Below the pieces are notes generated by a model. The model did not search any database. It was not told where the DNA came from and worked only from the letters and a program-made list of their open reading frames with translations. From the IMG/VR virus record IMGVR_UViG_3300014205_000182, positions 79,725 to 143,724 of that record: a stretch of 64,000 nt of DNA. One strand, given 5' to 3'. The stretch's first letter is position 1. Every line of letters begins with the position of its first letter. The stretch comes from a virus (lineage: Duplodnaviria; Caudoviricetes). Positions 37,657-47,424 of the stretch are shown in pieces. The position numbers were made by a program, and so were the translations under genes.

Positions 37657-38271
37657 ATGAAGATAATCGGAATTTTGGGTCCCGCAGGATCCGGTAAGAG
37701 CACTGCCGCAACTTACCTGGTCGATAAGTACGGCGCTAAGCGCTATTCTTTTGCACACCCCTTGAAGAAGATCGTGCGTCAAGCATTTGATCTTACTAAG
37801 GACCAGGTCTGGGGCAGTCAGGCTTGCAAGGAAAAGATCGATCCACGATACAACGTTTCGCCGCGATGGCTCCTCCAGCGTATCGGAACCGAAGGAATTC
37901 GTAACACACTAGGCCCGGATTTCTGGTGGGAACTTTGCATGCAGCAAATTCTGGACGACAACCCGCCGCTCGCCGTCATCGACGATTTCCGATTCGAGAA
38001 CGAAGTTAACGGGTTCCTGTCTCTCAACATCAACCACGATCCTAAGTACCCGCTGGTTCACATCTGGCGAATCGAGTCGGACCGGCTGCCTAACTCCACA
38101 GCCGACGCATCACATCAGAGCGAGGCAGAGTGGTCTAAGTGTGCATTCACTGAGAAGATCGAGTCAGAGTCAGGTGGGGACGACTTTACGTCGCTGCTAA
38201 ACTTCTACGAGGCCATCGACGATACTGCCGGGCAGTCTGGGCTGACAGCCACTGTACGTGTGTTACAATGA
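37657..38271 (+). CDS. deoxynucleoside monophosphate kinase
   Basis: GPAGSGKST, FA.PLK, PR.LLQ.IGTE, DFRFENE, HQSE. Confidence 0.9.
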   Translation: MKIIGILGPAGSGKSTAATYLVDKYGAKRYSFAHPLKKIVRQAFDLTKDQVWGSQACKEKIDPRYNVSPRWLLQRIGTEGIRNTLGPDFWWELCMQQILDDNPPLAVIDDFRFENEVNGFLSLNINHDPKYPLVHIWRIESDRLPNSTADASHQSEAEWSKCAFTEKIESESGGDDFTSLLNFYEAIDDTAGQSGLTATVRVLQ

Positions 38272-39062
38272 GCGCCATGAAGCTAGGTGATAAGGGTGAA
38301 GCGGTACGTAGTTTACAGCTACGTCTAAACGAGAAGTACTTTGTTGTCGCTGACGGCGTCTTCGGACCTCTGACTGAGGAAGCCGTTAAAGCCTTCCAGA
38401 AAGATCAGGGTTTGACGGTCGACGGAATTGCCGGCCCTCAGACGCAGGAGAAGTTGAAGAACTGGAAGCCTGCACCTGTGCGCAAGCTACCGACATTGCG
38501 TAGCATTGCCGATCGTGTCGCTAAGGCCTGGTACTTTACGACTCAGAAGGCTAAGTACATCCTCGGCGAGGGTGGGCGTGCTCCAGTTAACCCAGACCCG
38601 TTTACGCCGAACGCGAAGGGCCAGCGAGGTTCAGACTGTATCGGCTTCGTTCTCTGGTGCCTCGGAATCGACCGCTACCAGCCGAAGTTGTTTACACATT
38701 ACGACGGCTGGATGAACACGGACTCGATTATCCAGGACGCCAAGACAGGAATCGGTGGTGGGCTCTGGAAGATCCTCAACAAGCCAGAAGTCGGTTCTCT
38801 TGTAATTTTTCCCTCCTTGTGGAAGAACGGTAAGATGGTTAGAATGGGACACGTCGGGCTTGTCGTGGAGGTGCCCGGAGAGTGGCCAGAGAACTTAACT
38901 AAGTGGGATCCGAAGGCTCGCAGAGAGTTGCTAAAGCTCGTCAAGGTGATAGATTGTAATGCTTCCTGGAAACGAAAGTTGTCTGGAAAAGCAATCGGGC
39001 AACTCACCGCTGCGGACCTCTGGGACAAGCCAGATGCTGTGTGGGTCGGTTGGGCCGGTTAA
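38268..39062 (+). CDS. endolysin (PG-binding + NlpC/P60/CHAP-like peptidase)
   Basis: DGVFGPLTEEAVKAFQ..GL.VDGIAGPQT; SDCIGFV, GHVGLV. Confidence 0.85.
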   Translation: MSAMKLGDKGEAVRSLQLRLNEKYFVVADGVFGPLTEEAVKAFQKDQGLTVDGIAGPQTQEKLKNWKPAPVRKLPTLRSIADRVAKAWYFTTQKAKYILGEGGRAPVNPDPFTPNAKGQRGSDCIGFVLWCLGIDRYQPKLFTHYDGWMNTDSIIQDAKTGIGGGLWKILNKPEVGSLVIFPSLWKNGKMVRMGHVGLVVEVPGEWPENLTKWDPKARRELLKLVKVIDCNASWKRKLSGKAIGQLTAADLWDKPDAVWVGWAG

Positions 39063-39095
39063 CCTTTAATTGTGGAGTGATTGTGAACAGAGGTA

Positions 39096-39809
39096 TTGAT
39101 GTACGATTTCGAGAAGTTGTGTCTCCCATGTTACCCGGAGTTGATTGCCTACGCCACGAAGCGTACTAAGAGCAAAGTCAAAGCCGAAGATATTGTTCAG
39201 GAATCCGTGGCTCGCGCATTAGCTGCCTGGGATCGCTGGGTCCCGCAAGGCGATCCAGAAAAGTACGCCAGAGCCTGGATGTATCGCATGGTTAGCAACG
39301 TGTTTTCTACGGCGTACAGTCGTGAGAAGACGTTCACCCGGATTACCGGTGCCCTAGCTAGTGGTAGAGGCGGTGAGAGTCTGGTCGACGTGCCGGTAAA
39401 GCGTCTACCTGAAGCTGACATGGTCGTGGCGGAATTACACCAGTCCGACGTGGCTGAGCATCCGTACTTCAAGCCAGATGACCTAGGCGACGAAGTGCGT
39501 GAGGCTCTGGATCGAATCAAGCCAGAGTGGGCTGATGTAGTCAAGCTCGTGTACATCGAAGGTACGCCGGCTCACGAGGTTGCCCAGATTCTGAATATCG
39601 CCCCAGGCACCGTACGCTCGCGTATGGCACGTGGTCGTCTAGCTCTGGCCAGAATCCTCGGACCGTTCGCAAGGCAGCGCTTCGGGTACGTGGTGAAGCC
39701 TGAGGGCGAAGTGGATCACGTCGCTGAGGAGACTCTAGGTGGCGCCGATGAAGCTCTTGGTGGCTTCGAGTCTGCCGAGTTTCCAGAGACCCAAGCCTAC
39801 AGCGTCTAG
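39096..39809 (+). CDS. ECF-type RNA polymerase sigma factor
   Basis: AEDIVQE, AWMYRMVSN, region 4 EVAQILNIAPGTVRSRMARGR. Confidence 0.9.
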   Translation: MMYDFEKLCLPCYPELIAYATKRTKSKVKAEDIVQESVARALAAWDRWVPQGDPEKYARAWMYRMVSNVFSTAYSREKTFTRITGALASGRGGESLVDVPVKRLPEADMVVAELHQSDVAEHPYFKPDDLGDEVREALDRIKPEWADVVKLVYIEGTPAHEVAQILNIAPGTVRSRMARGRLALARILGPFARQRFGYVVKPEGEVDHVAEETLGGADEALGGFESAEFPETQAYSV

Positions 39810-40253
39810 AGCATCGTGAGAAAGTACAACACAAGCTCGCTCAGCTTCTGTTAGTTTGTTCCAGATTCGACGAGCACGAGGTGATTCTAACGGGTCACCT
39901 TTCGTCGTTTTTGGCACGTTACCGATCCACTCCGGAGCAGTCGGTGCAACAACTGGAACGCCAAGCATTCCTGCTAGAGCCATACCTACGCCCGCGAGTG
40001 GGAACAGATCGGCCGGGTCACCCTTCTGGATGCGGTAACACCTCGGCCACTCGATTACGAGTTCGTCGACCGGACAGTACGGGCTGACGTGTACGTTAAC
40101 GAGCCTGGCGACGTTCAGGCAACGCATTCCCATTTCGAGCTTGTGGCTCGTGCCTGGGATTTTTACGCGGCTAGCGTGAGCTAATACGCCGTTCTTGAAG
40201 ATGGCGACGGCAGGGTAGCGTAGGCCGGGATCTAGGGTTAGTAGGGTACTCAT
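39735..40253 (-). CDS. RuvC-like Holliday junction resolvase
   Basis: LTLDPG, VIEWP, HDALDAVGLG; 3' end overlaps sigma gene by 75 bp. Confidence 0.7.
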   Translation of the reverse strand: MSTLLTLDPGLRYPAVAIFKNGVLAHASRVKIPGTSHKLEMGMRCLNVARLVNVHVSPYCPVDELVIEWPRCYRIQKGDPADLFPLAGVGMALAGMLGVPVVAPTAPEWIGNVPKTTKGDPLESPRARRIWNKLTEAERACVVLSHDALDAVGLGLWKLGRLEATKSFIGAT

Positions 40254-40455
40254 AGAATCCCCAGGATCTTGAAGCAATCAAAAGTGTTGTCGTTCTTGTA
40301 GATTGCGTAATACCAGTCCCAGTCTCGCTTGATACCGAGCTTCTCATCCTCGGCGCGATGACGCAGTCCTCGGGCGCCGATGCATCGGCAGTTCCCACGG
40401 AAATGCGCACCGGATGCGCATGGCGTCATATCCTGGCCGACGTGTGTAGGTCCAC

Positions 40456-40797
40456 TCATTTTCCCTCCGGGTAAGCCACGATAACGTCTATACGCTTGCC
40501 GTCGTAAGTTCGATAGACTTCGACATGTTTACCGTCAGGGGAGCCCTTGGATTTCCAGTGTTCACGCATCTGCTCTGCTTCGTGTGTGCGCTTCCAGCCA
40601 GCGAAATCCAGTACCATGTGAAGCTGTGCAATGCTTGCCGCTCCGGTCTTCATCGGCACAAGCACGAGATCCAAATCGTGCTCGGATCGCCCCTTGTTCA
40701 GAACACCGCCGGCCAGTGCGACAAACCACCCGTTCACCATGAGTTGTGGCTGGATGCTTTGGATTAGTTTGAGTGCTTCGTAAAGTGACCACATCAC
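40456..40797 (-). CDS. minimal nucleotidyltransferase-like protein
   Basis: LAGGVL..G.SEHDLDLV..P and IDV (pol-beta fold motifs). Confidence 0.6.
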   Translation of the reverse strand: MMWSLYEALKLIQSIQPQLMVNGWFVALAGGVLNKGRSEHDLDLVLVPMKTGAASIAQLHMVLDFAGWKRTHEAEQMREHWKSKGSPDGKHVEVYRTYDGKRIDVIVAYPEGK

Positions 40798-40996
40798 TTG
40801 CTCTCCTCTTCCTCTTCATCCTCGTCCTCTTCAACGATTTCGTCCTCAGCATCGTCGTCCCCATAAGTGCCGTGCTTCTCGTCGATCTTGCGACCTAAGA
40901 CGTTACCGCATGCATTTCCGAGGTGACGCCCGACGTTCGTGAGTACTGGCCTTGCCACTTCTTTGACAGCGAACAGAAGCACTTTACCAACTAGAC

Positions 40997-42754
40997 TCAT
41001 GTGTCGCACAGTCCCGACCGGCAAGCATCCTGGCTAAGTACGCCAGCAGTCGCCGTCTTCGCAAGCTCTAGGGCACGTTCCAGAGGAATCGGCGTCAGTG
41101 GCTGGTTCTCACGAGAACCGTCTGGGTAAACCGTGAGGCCCTTGAGATCGGGGAAGAACTCCATCATGAGGTCGCCGAGTTCTGCGGTCGATGTGTCGTG
41201 CGGAACGTTGATCGTCTTGCTGACGGCGTTATCGACGTGTCGCTGGCACACCCGCTGCATCTCCATGTGATCACGGATCGACAGATTGTGAGCACCTACA
41301 AAGTGAGTAACGTCGCGTCCCTCTTCTACAAAACGCTGGAACATTGGATCGACGAGTTCTTCGGTGCCGAAGATCTTGGTACCATCCGTCTGCGTTCCAG
41401 TCTGGAACCGGCGGATGTGTGCCGGAGCGAAGATTGGCTCAATACCAGAGGATACGTCGCATACAATCGAACCCGTGCCGACCGGTGCGATTGTCATCGT
41501 GGCGCAGTTACGCATCCCGTCCTTGCGAATCTTGGAGCGCAGCGAGGGCTTCAGGTTCTTGATGAACATGCCCTTCAGGTACTTGTCTGCATCAAAGCCG
41601 GGGAACGCACCCTTCTCGGCGGCTAGATCGCTCGACGCCTCGTAGGACCAGTTCTTGATCTTCTTCATCAGGTTGTCGACGAATTCCAGGCCAGCGGGCG
41701 AGTTGTACTTGAGCCCGAGTTCCAGCAACATGTGGTGCAGACCAGTGATACCCAGACCGATACGACGAAGCTGCGAGCACTTCGCCTTGATTTCTGCCAG
41801 AGGATACTCGTTAACCGTGAGTACGTTATCCAGAAATCGTACGCCCGTCTTTACGGTGTCCTTCAGCATGTCCCAGTCGACTTCACCACCGACGACGAAT
41901 CGTGGCAGAACTAGCGCGCCCAAGCAGCAGCAATCGTACGGAGACATCCAGATTTCACCACACGGGTTCGTCGAAGTGAGTTCCTCGATGTACCAGATGT
42001 TTGACATCTTGTTCGCCAGGTGACGATTGAGTGCGCCAGGTTCGCCACCACTTAGGGCATTGACGACAATGCGTTCCCATAGCAGCTTCGCCGGCATCGA
42101 GCCAACCTGTCGACCCTGGTGCATAAGTGGCCATTCGCCGCCCTCACGCACGAGCTTGAAGAAAATCTCCGGATCCTCATCGAATACGACGGAGATGTTG
42201 GCGTTGTTCAGCTGCTTCAGATCTAGCTTCTTATCCAGGAATTCGGCGATGTCGCCGTGGCTCAACGACAAGCAAAGCATGAGTGCGGTTCGACGCCCGC
42301 CCCCAGCCTTGATAACCTCGCCCGTCGCGTTGATGATCTCCATGAGAGACACGGCGCCAGTTGCCTGTCCGCCCGTACCGTTGATGCTGGAGCCACGAGG
42401 GCGCACCGGAGAGCAGTTGAGGCCGACACCGCCGCCAGTGCCCGAGATAACGATGCTGTCCGACACCGTCTTACCCCAGCCCTCTCGGCTGTCGGACGTG
42501 CCTACGACGAAGCAGTTGAGCATTTGCCCACGTGCTCTACCTGCGCCGTACCAGATTCTACCGCCAGGCATTAGCAAGTTGTTGCTCAACGCACTGAAGA
42601 ACTTGTCCTTCCACGTCGTACGGGCATCGCCTGACTCGGCGTTCGAAACAGTAAGTGACACTCGTTCACAAGCTTCTAACCAGGTCTCCTTATCGTGAGA
42701 AGCGTGGCGTGTCTGGAAAATCTGTAGGGCAAATCCGGTCGGTTCGTAAGTCAC
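40997..42754 (-). CDS. nrdJ: class II (B12-dependent) ribonucleotide reductase
   Basis: PGGRI, NCFV, GGGVG, TNPCGE, CCLG, TIAPVG, VSKTIN, C-terminal C....C; no small subunit seen. Confidence 0.9.
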   Translation of the reverse strand: MTYEPTGFALQIFQTRHASHDKETWLEACERVSLTVSNAESGDARTTWKDKFFSALSNNLLMPGGRIWYGAGRARGQMLNCFVVGTSDSREGWGKTVSDSIVISGTGGGVGLNCSPVRPRGSSINGTGGQATGAVSLMEIINATGEVIKAGGGRRTALMLCLSLSHGDIAEFLDKKLDLKQLNNANISVVFDEDPEIFFKLVREGGEWPLMHQGRQVGSMPAKLLWERIVVNALSGGEPGALNRHLANKMSNIWYIEELTSTNPCGEIWMSPYDCCCLGALVLPRFVVGGEVDWDMLKDTVKTGVRFLDNVLTVNEYPLAEIKAKCSQLRRIGLGITGLHHMLLELGLKYNSPAGLEFVDNLMKKIKNWSYEASSDLAAEKGAFPGFDADKYLKGMFIKNLKPSLRSKIRKDGMRNCATMTIAPVGTGSIVCDVSSGIEPIFAPAHIRRFQTGTQTDGTKIFGTEELVDPMFQRFVEEGRDVTHFVGAHNLSIRDHMEMQRVCQRHVDNAVSKTINVPHDTSTAELGDLMMEFFPDLKGLTVYPDGSRENQPLTPIPLERALELAKTATAGVLSQDACRSGLCDT

Positions 42755-42781
42755 GTAACTAGGCTCCTTTAAAATACAAAA

Positions 42782-42805
42782 CGGGCCTAGTGAAAACTAA
42801 GCCCG
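42782..42805 (-). terminator. intrinsic terminator
   Basis: minus strand CGGGCTTAGT-TTTC-ACTAGGCCCG-TTTT. Confidence 0.55.
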
Positions 42806-42825
42806 AGGTCGCACGACTCCGTTGA

Positions 42826-44097
42826 TTACTGGTGAGGAATCAGATGATTAATCTGTTCGATACCGATAATGTACCGATTGATTTTACCATACTCGCGGTG
42901 GATAATATCCAGCTTCATGTCCTTGCCGCTGCGATAACCCTGGCCGTGGTGCCATGCATCGCGCCCAGCGAGAGTGCGGAACGATTCGACGGTAACGCCC
43001 GGATATTCTTTGAGGCTGTCGTGGTGGACGTGACCGATGTACCAGTAACGATGCAGAGTCTCGCCCCAGTCCTTCGCACGATCACAAGCCATCACGCCAA
43101 GAAGGTTGGCGTTCTTGGTCTTGTCACCGTGGTGAACACCGATCAGCACCTTACCGAAACGGTACCAGTGGAACGGCTCAGGTGACGTATCGATCGTTAC
43201 ACGCGGCTCGCGCTCGTAGAACTGCGCCAGAGCGATCGAGAGCATGATCGACGTGTGGTCGTCATGGTTTCCGATCTCGTTGATGACGGTCACGTGCTTG
43301 TGCTTCTCAAGCGCACGGTCAATCAAGCGACGCATCACGCGGATGCCGGTCGCGAGAACCTTGGGCCAACGATTGTCGACGTCAACTGCTGTGCCCTTCG
43401 TGGTCTCGTTCTTCTTGCTATCGGCGTGGAAGAAGTCACCGAGATTCATGATGATTGCCTGCGACGCTGGCGGCGCCAATCCGACAAGGTGATCAACAGC
43501 TGCAAAAAGGTTGTCCTCTGCAATCTTCAGATCAAAAGCATTGCCAGTCTCTGCTGGCCAGGCCATCATGCCGAGGTGAGGGTCACCCATCGGATACACG
43601 GCGAGAAGATCGTCATTGTAGTTCGCCTGTTGCGGGATTGGGTTTGCCAGGGAACGAAGTGGCTCGGAGATTGCAGTGAACGACTTGACCATCGCCAGGT
43701 AGCGTTCTTCCTGCTCCTTGTTTGTCTTGACCCATTTAGCCTTGACGTTACCTTCACCATCGAATAGGGTGGACTCACCCTTTACGTAGTAGCCTTCGGG
43801 CGCCTGGCTCAGACCAGTCAGATCTGTGACAACTTCAGACTTTTCAATTTCAACCTGAGTATCGAACGCTTCGACACTCGGGAATCTAGAGTTACGACCG
43901 TCGTCGGGCCACTTACCTGTACGGATGAATGTGTTTTGTGCTTTAGCTTCGACTTCATCCAGCAGAGGTGTCTCGCGTCGAACGCGAGCCATCCTGGCCT
44001 TGCTTTCGCACTTACGACAGATGGTTCTCTGTGGACGAAAATCTCTTGTAGCAATGCCGACGGTGGAGCACCGTGTACAAACTTTGGTCATGTTCAC
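42826..44097 (-). CDS. calcineurin-like phosphoesterase with N-terminal Zn finger
   Basis: GDPHLG, LGDFFH, GNHD, HHGD, GHVHH; CTRC..CRKC. Confidence 0.85.
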   Translation of the reverse strand: MNMTKVCTRCSTVGIATRDFRPQRTICRKCESKARMARVRRETPLLDEVEAKAQNTFIRTGKWPDDGRNSRFPSVEAFDTQVEIEKSEVVTDLTGLSQAPEGYYVKGESTLFDGEGNVKAKWVKTNKEQEERYLAMVKSFTAISEPLRSLANPIPQQANYNDDLLAVYPMGDPHLGMMAWPAETGNAFDLKIAEDNLFAAVDHLVGLAPPASQAIIMNLGDFFHADSKKNETTKGTAVDVDNRWPKVLATGIRVMRRLIDRALEKHKHVTVINEIGNHDDHTSIMLSIALAQFYEREPRVTIDTSPEPFHWYRFGKVLIGVHHGDKTKNANLLGVMACDRAKDWGETLHRYWYIGHVHHDSLKEYPGVTVESFRTLAGRDAWHHGQGYRSGKDMKLDIIHREYGKINRYIIGIEQINHLIPHQ

Positions 44098-44124
44098 CTG
44101 ATCTTGGTAACTAGCGAAGGCTTG

Positions 44125-44475
44125 TTAGAACTTCAAGCCGATGTAAGTTCCCGTGATCAGACCGACTGCTACTCCGAGCGCAATCAAACGCCAAGGAACT
44201 TCGTCAGCTGACTCACGAAAACTATCGTTCTCAGCCTTCAGACGAATTTCTTGTTCCTGTAGACGCTTCTTCTCAATTTCTAGAAGATCCCACTCGCTGC
44301 CGGTGATGATGTGAGACCCTTGAGGGATATCGTACATCAGGCCGTTGATATGAAGTACACCAGGAGCAGAACGCATCCAGAGATGCGCACTGGGCATTTG
44401 CTGAGGTTCTGCCTCTGCCGTCGTAGGCATTGCAACCAGTAAGGCTGCAATCAGAATCGCTGCTTTGCAGCGCAT
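44125..44475 (-). CDS. membrane/secreted coiled-coil protein (lysis-related?)
   Basis: signal peptide, coiled coil, C-terminal TM. Confidence 0.45.
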   Translation of the reverse strand: MRCKAAILIAALLVAMPTTAEAEPQQMPSAHLWMRSAPGVLHINGLMYDIPQGSHIITGSEWDLLEIEKKRLQEQEIRLKAENDSFRESADEVPWRLIALGVAVGLITGTYIGLKF

Positions 44476-44477
44476 CT

Positions 44478-45062
44478 TTAGATCTCCGTTACGTTGTTGG
44501 TTGGCGTGCCAGCGGGCGGGTTCTCAGAGACAGCCTTGTCCCCAGCAACCTCGGCTGCAACCTTAGCCGTAGGCTTACCGAATGCCCAGAGGAGCATCGG
44601 GAAGATCCACTGCAACCAGGCCGGTGCCTTAGGCTGTAGCTTGACGAGTACAGGCACAAGCAGCGTCTTGAGTAGTGCGTAACCGCCAGCAGCACTGACA
44701 GCGATCTTCAGAGCAGCCCATGCGAGCGCGCCCGTGAGAACAGCACCAGGACCAACTGCTGTCAAAGCAGCGATGGCCGAACCAGCGAACGCAAGTACAA
44801 GCACCGTTGCAGGCTGTCCATATTCACCGTTAACAAGTTCGCCAGCCTTACCAGGCAGATAACGCTTTGCAGCAGTCGTTGCAAGGATCAGACCGAACAT
44901 CGCGGCGAGCCAGTACTGCCCACCCATGATGGCCTCGTAGAACGGCTTCGCCAGATCCAGAAGAGGCTCCTCACCGGTGACAGCGCCCTGTGCAAGCGCA
45001 ACCCCTACGAAAGAGAAATAGGCCAGAACGGCGAATAGAAAGGCTGTGGTTAGTTTCTTCAT
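44478..45062 (-). CDS. multi-pass membrane protein (holin candidate)
   Basis: several hydrophobic segments, end of late operon. Confidence 0.45.
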   Translation of the reverse strand: MKKLTTAFLFAVLAYFSFVGVALAQGAVTGEEPLLDLAKPFYEAIMGGQYWLAAMFGLILATTAAKRYLPGKAGELVNGEYGQPATVLVLAFAGSAIAALTAVGPGAVLTGALAWAALKIAVSAAGGYALLKTLLVPVLVKLQPKAPAWLQWIFPMLLWAFGKPTAKVAAEVAGDKAVSENPPAGTPTNNVTEI

Positions 45063-45267
45063 AGGTTCCTCAGGATATTAGCAGGCAGACATGATAGTGG
45101 CCACTGTGGTGCAAGGGGCCTGGTACTTTACGGGGAGAGCGTGACAAACAAGGCTAAGGATTGCGCCTACTAAGACGGCCCATTTAGCAACCCTCTTAAG
45201 CGACTCTTTGGCGCACGGTCGGCACTGGACTGAACCAGCTGCCAGAACGGCACCACATTTGCAAGTT

Positions 45268-46167
45268 TTATGGTCGGTCATAAAAAACTTCTACACGCCA
45301 GACAGTGTTGCCGGTAGTCCCGCCGCCGCCTACTTTGATATAGTAGTGGTACTGAGCAGCAACTGTAACGTTCTCGGACGCCGGGAGCGACGTGTCTCCG
45401 GGCGTGATCTCGTCGTTGATAAACTCAGCGCCAGCGGTAGTTTCGCCACCCGTGTCGTGTTGTCTGTATAGCCTGGCACGGATAACGTCAGTACCAGCAG
45501 TCACTTTAGTCAGATAGACTTCGTAACCAGTAATTCGCGTGCCTACAGGAAGTTCGATTGGGTAGATGACAGGGTTAGAAGCGTATGTCGAAGTACCTAA
45601 AGTCCAACAACCGCCTGTGCCCTGAGCAAGTCCGCCAGCTGCACCCGGAGTGTCCAGACAACTATTCCAACCAGAGATGGGCAGCGTGAGGACGCCAGTA
45701 TGCTTGTACTCCGTCGCAGTCCAAGGTTGTGTCGAGGTTCCGCCGACGAACGTAGGGATGTCGGTGAAGTTGGGCGTGCCGGTAACGTTACCGTTAAGTG
45801 CAGCTGCGCCAGTGACACTCAGCGAACCTACAGTCGCGAGACCACCGACGTTTGCCGTCAGGTCGACCTGAAGATCGCCATCGATGTTCACGTCATCGTC
45901 AACGTCGAGATCACCGGTGACGTTTAGGTCGCCAGTGATGGAGTGGTTACCTACGAATGCGTTGCTGTTAAGGTACGATGCCCACTGGCTAAGCCAGTAA
46001 AGCATGTAGTTGAGATTCTGGGCCTTGGGCTTCTGCTCCGGGCGATAGCCGACGTCGTCGTACGTCGAGGCCGGCGTAACCTTAGTTGGAGTACCCGCTT
46101 CCGGTTCCGCACCGGCAGGGTAATTGGCATCTTCTGCCCAAACGGGTAATGTGACTGGCTTGGCCAT
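45268..46167 (-). CDS. tail fibre/receptor-binding-like protein
   Basis: N-term P.WA..G.P.K..GY.PEQKPKAQNLN anchor; GDL.V repeats. Confidence 0.65.
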   Translation of the reverse strand: MAKPVTLPVWAEDANYPAGAEPEAGTPTKVTPASTYDDVGYRPEQKPKAQNLNYMLYWLSQWASYLNSNAFVGNHSITGDLNVTGDLDVDDDVNIDGDLQVDLTANVGGLATVGSLSVTGAAALNGNVTGTPNFTDIPTFVGGTSTQPWTATEYKHTGVLTLPISGWNSCLDTPGAAGGLAQGTGGCWTLGTSTYASNPVIYPIELPVGTRITGYEVYLTKVTAGTDVIRARLYRQHDTGGETTAGAEFINDEITPGDTSLPASENVTVAAQYHYYIKVGGGGTTGNTVWRVEVFYDRP

Positions 46168-46210
46168 ACGGGAGGATTATGGCACGGATAGTACAGTTAC
46201 GCACGCGCGG

Positions 46211-46759
46211 CTAGACTACGTTACCGAGCTTGCCACCGGTCAAAGTGTCATAAGATTCAAAGCCTTGGCCGGGTCCGAGGCCTGTGTCACCGTAGTCGTC
46301 GAACGTAAACGCGTCCGCGTCGCTGGTGTTGTTTGTTTCCAGATAAATTCGCACTCCGGCAGCTACGGCATCCTGGAGCAAACTAGCCAGCGTTAGCGAT
46401 GTCTGGACCGAGACGATGACGTCTTCGATTGACATCGTGAGAGCGGCGGCGCCGTGGTTGTTGACCTTCATGTATGCAAGGTCGTCGTACACAATCAAAC
46501 TGGCAATCTTGATCAGGTCACTGATCGTGCCCTTAGATCGATTCACGGAAATGCGAGCACGGACCACACGACGATAGTCATCGTCGTCGAGCCCGGCACG
46601 TTCCTGACCAACGATACGACCCAGTACGTTCAGCTGTTCACCGACGGCAGTATCCACCGAACGGTCGACTAGCAACTTCTGAAGTTCACACTCTAGTGTC
46701 TGAACCGGAGTGACCAGAGCACGAATTAGTTTCTTGATGTTGTTTTCAGTGTCACTCAT
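46211..46759 (-). CDS. baseplate protein (DUF2612-like)
   Basis: AVGEQLNVLGRIVGQ.R..L.DDDYR..RARI..N.S.GT. Confidence 0.75.
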   Translation of the reverse strand: MSDTENNIKKLIRALVTPVQTLECELQKLLVDRSVDTAVGEQLNVLGRIVGQERAGLDDDDYRRVVRARISVNRSKGTISDLIKIASLIVYDDLAYMKVNNHGAAALTMSIEDVIVSVQTSLTLASLLQDAVAAGVRIYLETNNTSDADAFTFDDYGDTGLGPGQGFESYDTLTGGKLGNVV

Positions 46760-47424
46760 AGCTTGCCTTTGAATTGCTCGCACAGACGATCAAATGCTGC
46801 CTGAACATGATCGAGATACTCTAGATCCTCCGGAACATACGGAGCTTCAATTAGAACACGTGGCTCGTCTTCAACAGTACCTACAGCCACACCAAACCAG
46901 TATACATATGTGTCTGCACCCGCATCGTCGACCCGGATAGCCATCGGGAACGGGCTAAGTTCACCCAGGTCGAACTCGTAGTAGTAAAGACCACCGCCGG
47001 ATTCACCGCCGCTACCGTTTGCAGTCTCCCAGGTAGTGACGGCCCATTCAGTATTACCATCGTCGATGGTCAGACCCTCAACACCTACTCCATCCAGAGA
47101 CAGGTAGATAGGCACGCGACGCGCACGTGCTTCTGATGTCGTCGTGATCCCGTCACCGATGAAGCGCATGAATGGGTACGGCATCGCACCAGTAACTTCG
47201 ACGAGCAGTGCAAAGTATCCTTCGGTGTCTGTCTCGTCAGCTGTCGGCGTGTATAGGTAGTAACCTTGCCCTACCTCTAACCACGTCCCGGCACCATTGA
47301 CTAACGTGTCACCGCTCTTGGTGACACGTAACTCCGCACCAGTCGGAGTGACTCCTGTTACTGGAGTGCCCGACGACGATTCAAGGTAAACAGGTACAAG
47401 CTGACCCGCCTGGTTTCTAATCAT
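46756..47424 (-). CDS. virion structural protein (BppU-like repeats)
   Basis: two repeats with G.Y.Y; tail operon. Confidence 0.5.
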   Translation of the reverse strand: MIRNQAGQLVPVYLESSSGTPVTGVTPTGAELRVTKSGDTLVNGAGTWLEVGQGYYLYTPTADETDTEGYFALLVEVTGAMPYPFMRFIGDGITTTSEARARRVPIYLSLDGVGVEGLTIDDGNTEWAVTTWETANGSGGESGGGLYYYEFDLGELSPFPMAIRVDDAGADTYVYWFGVAVGTVEDEPRVLIEAPYVPEDLEYLDHVQAAFDRLCEQFKGKL

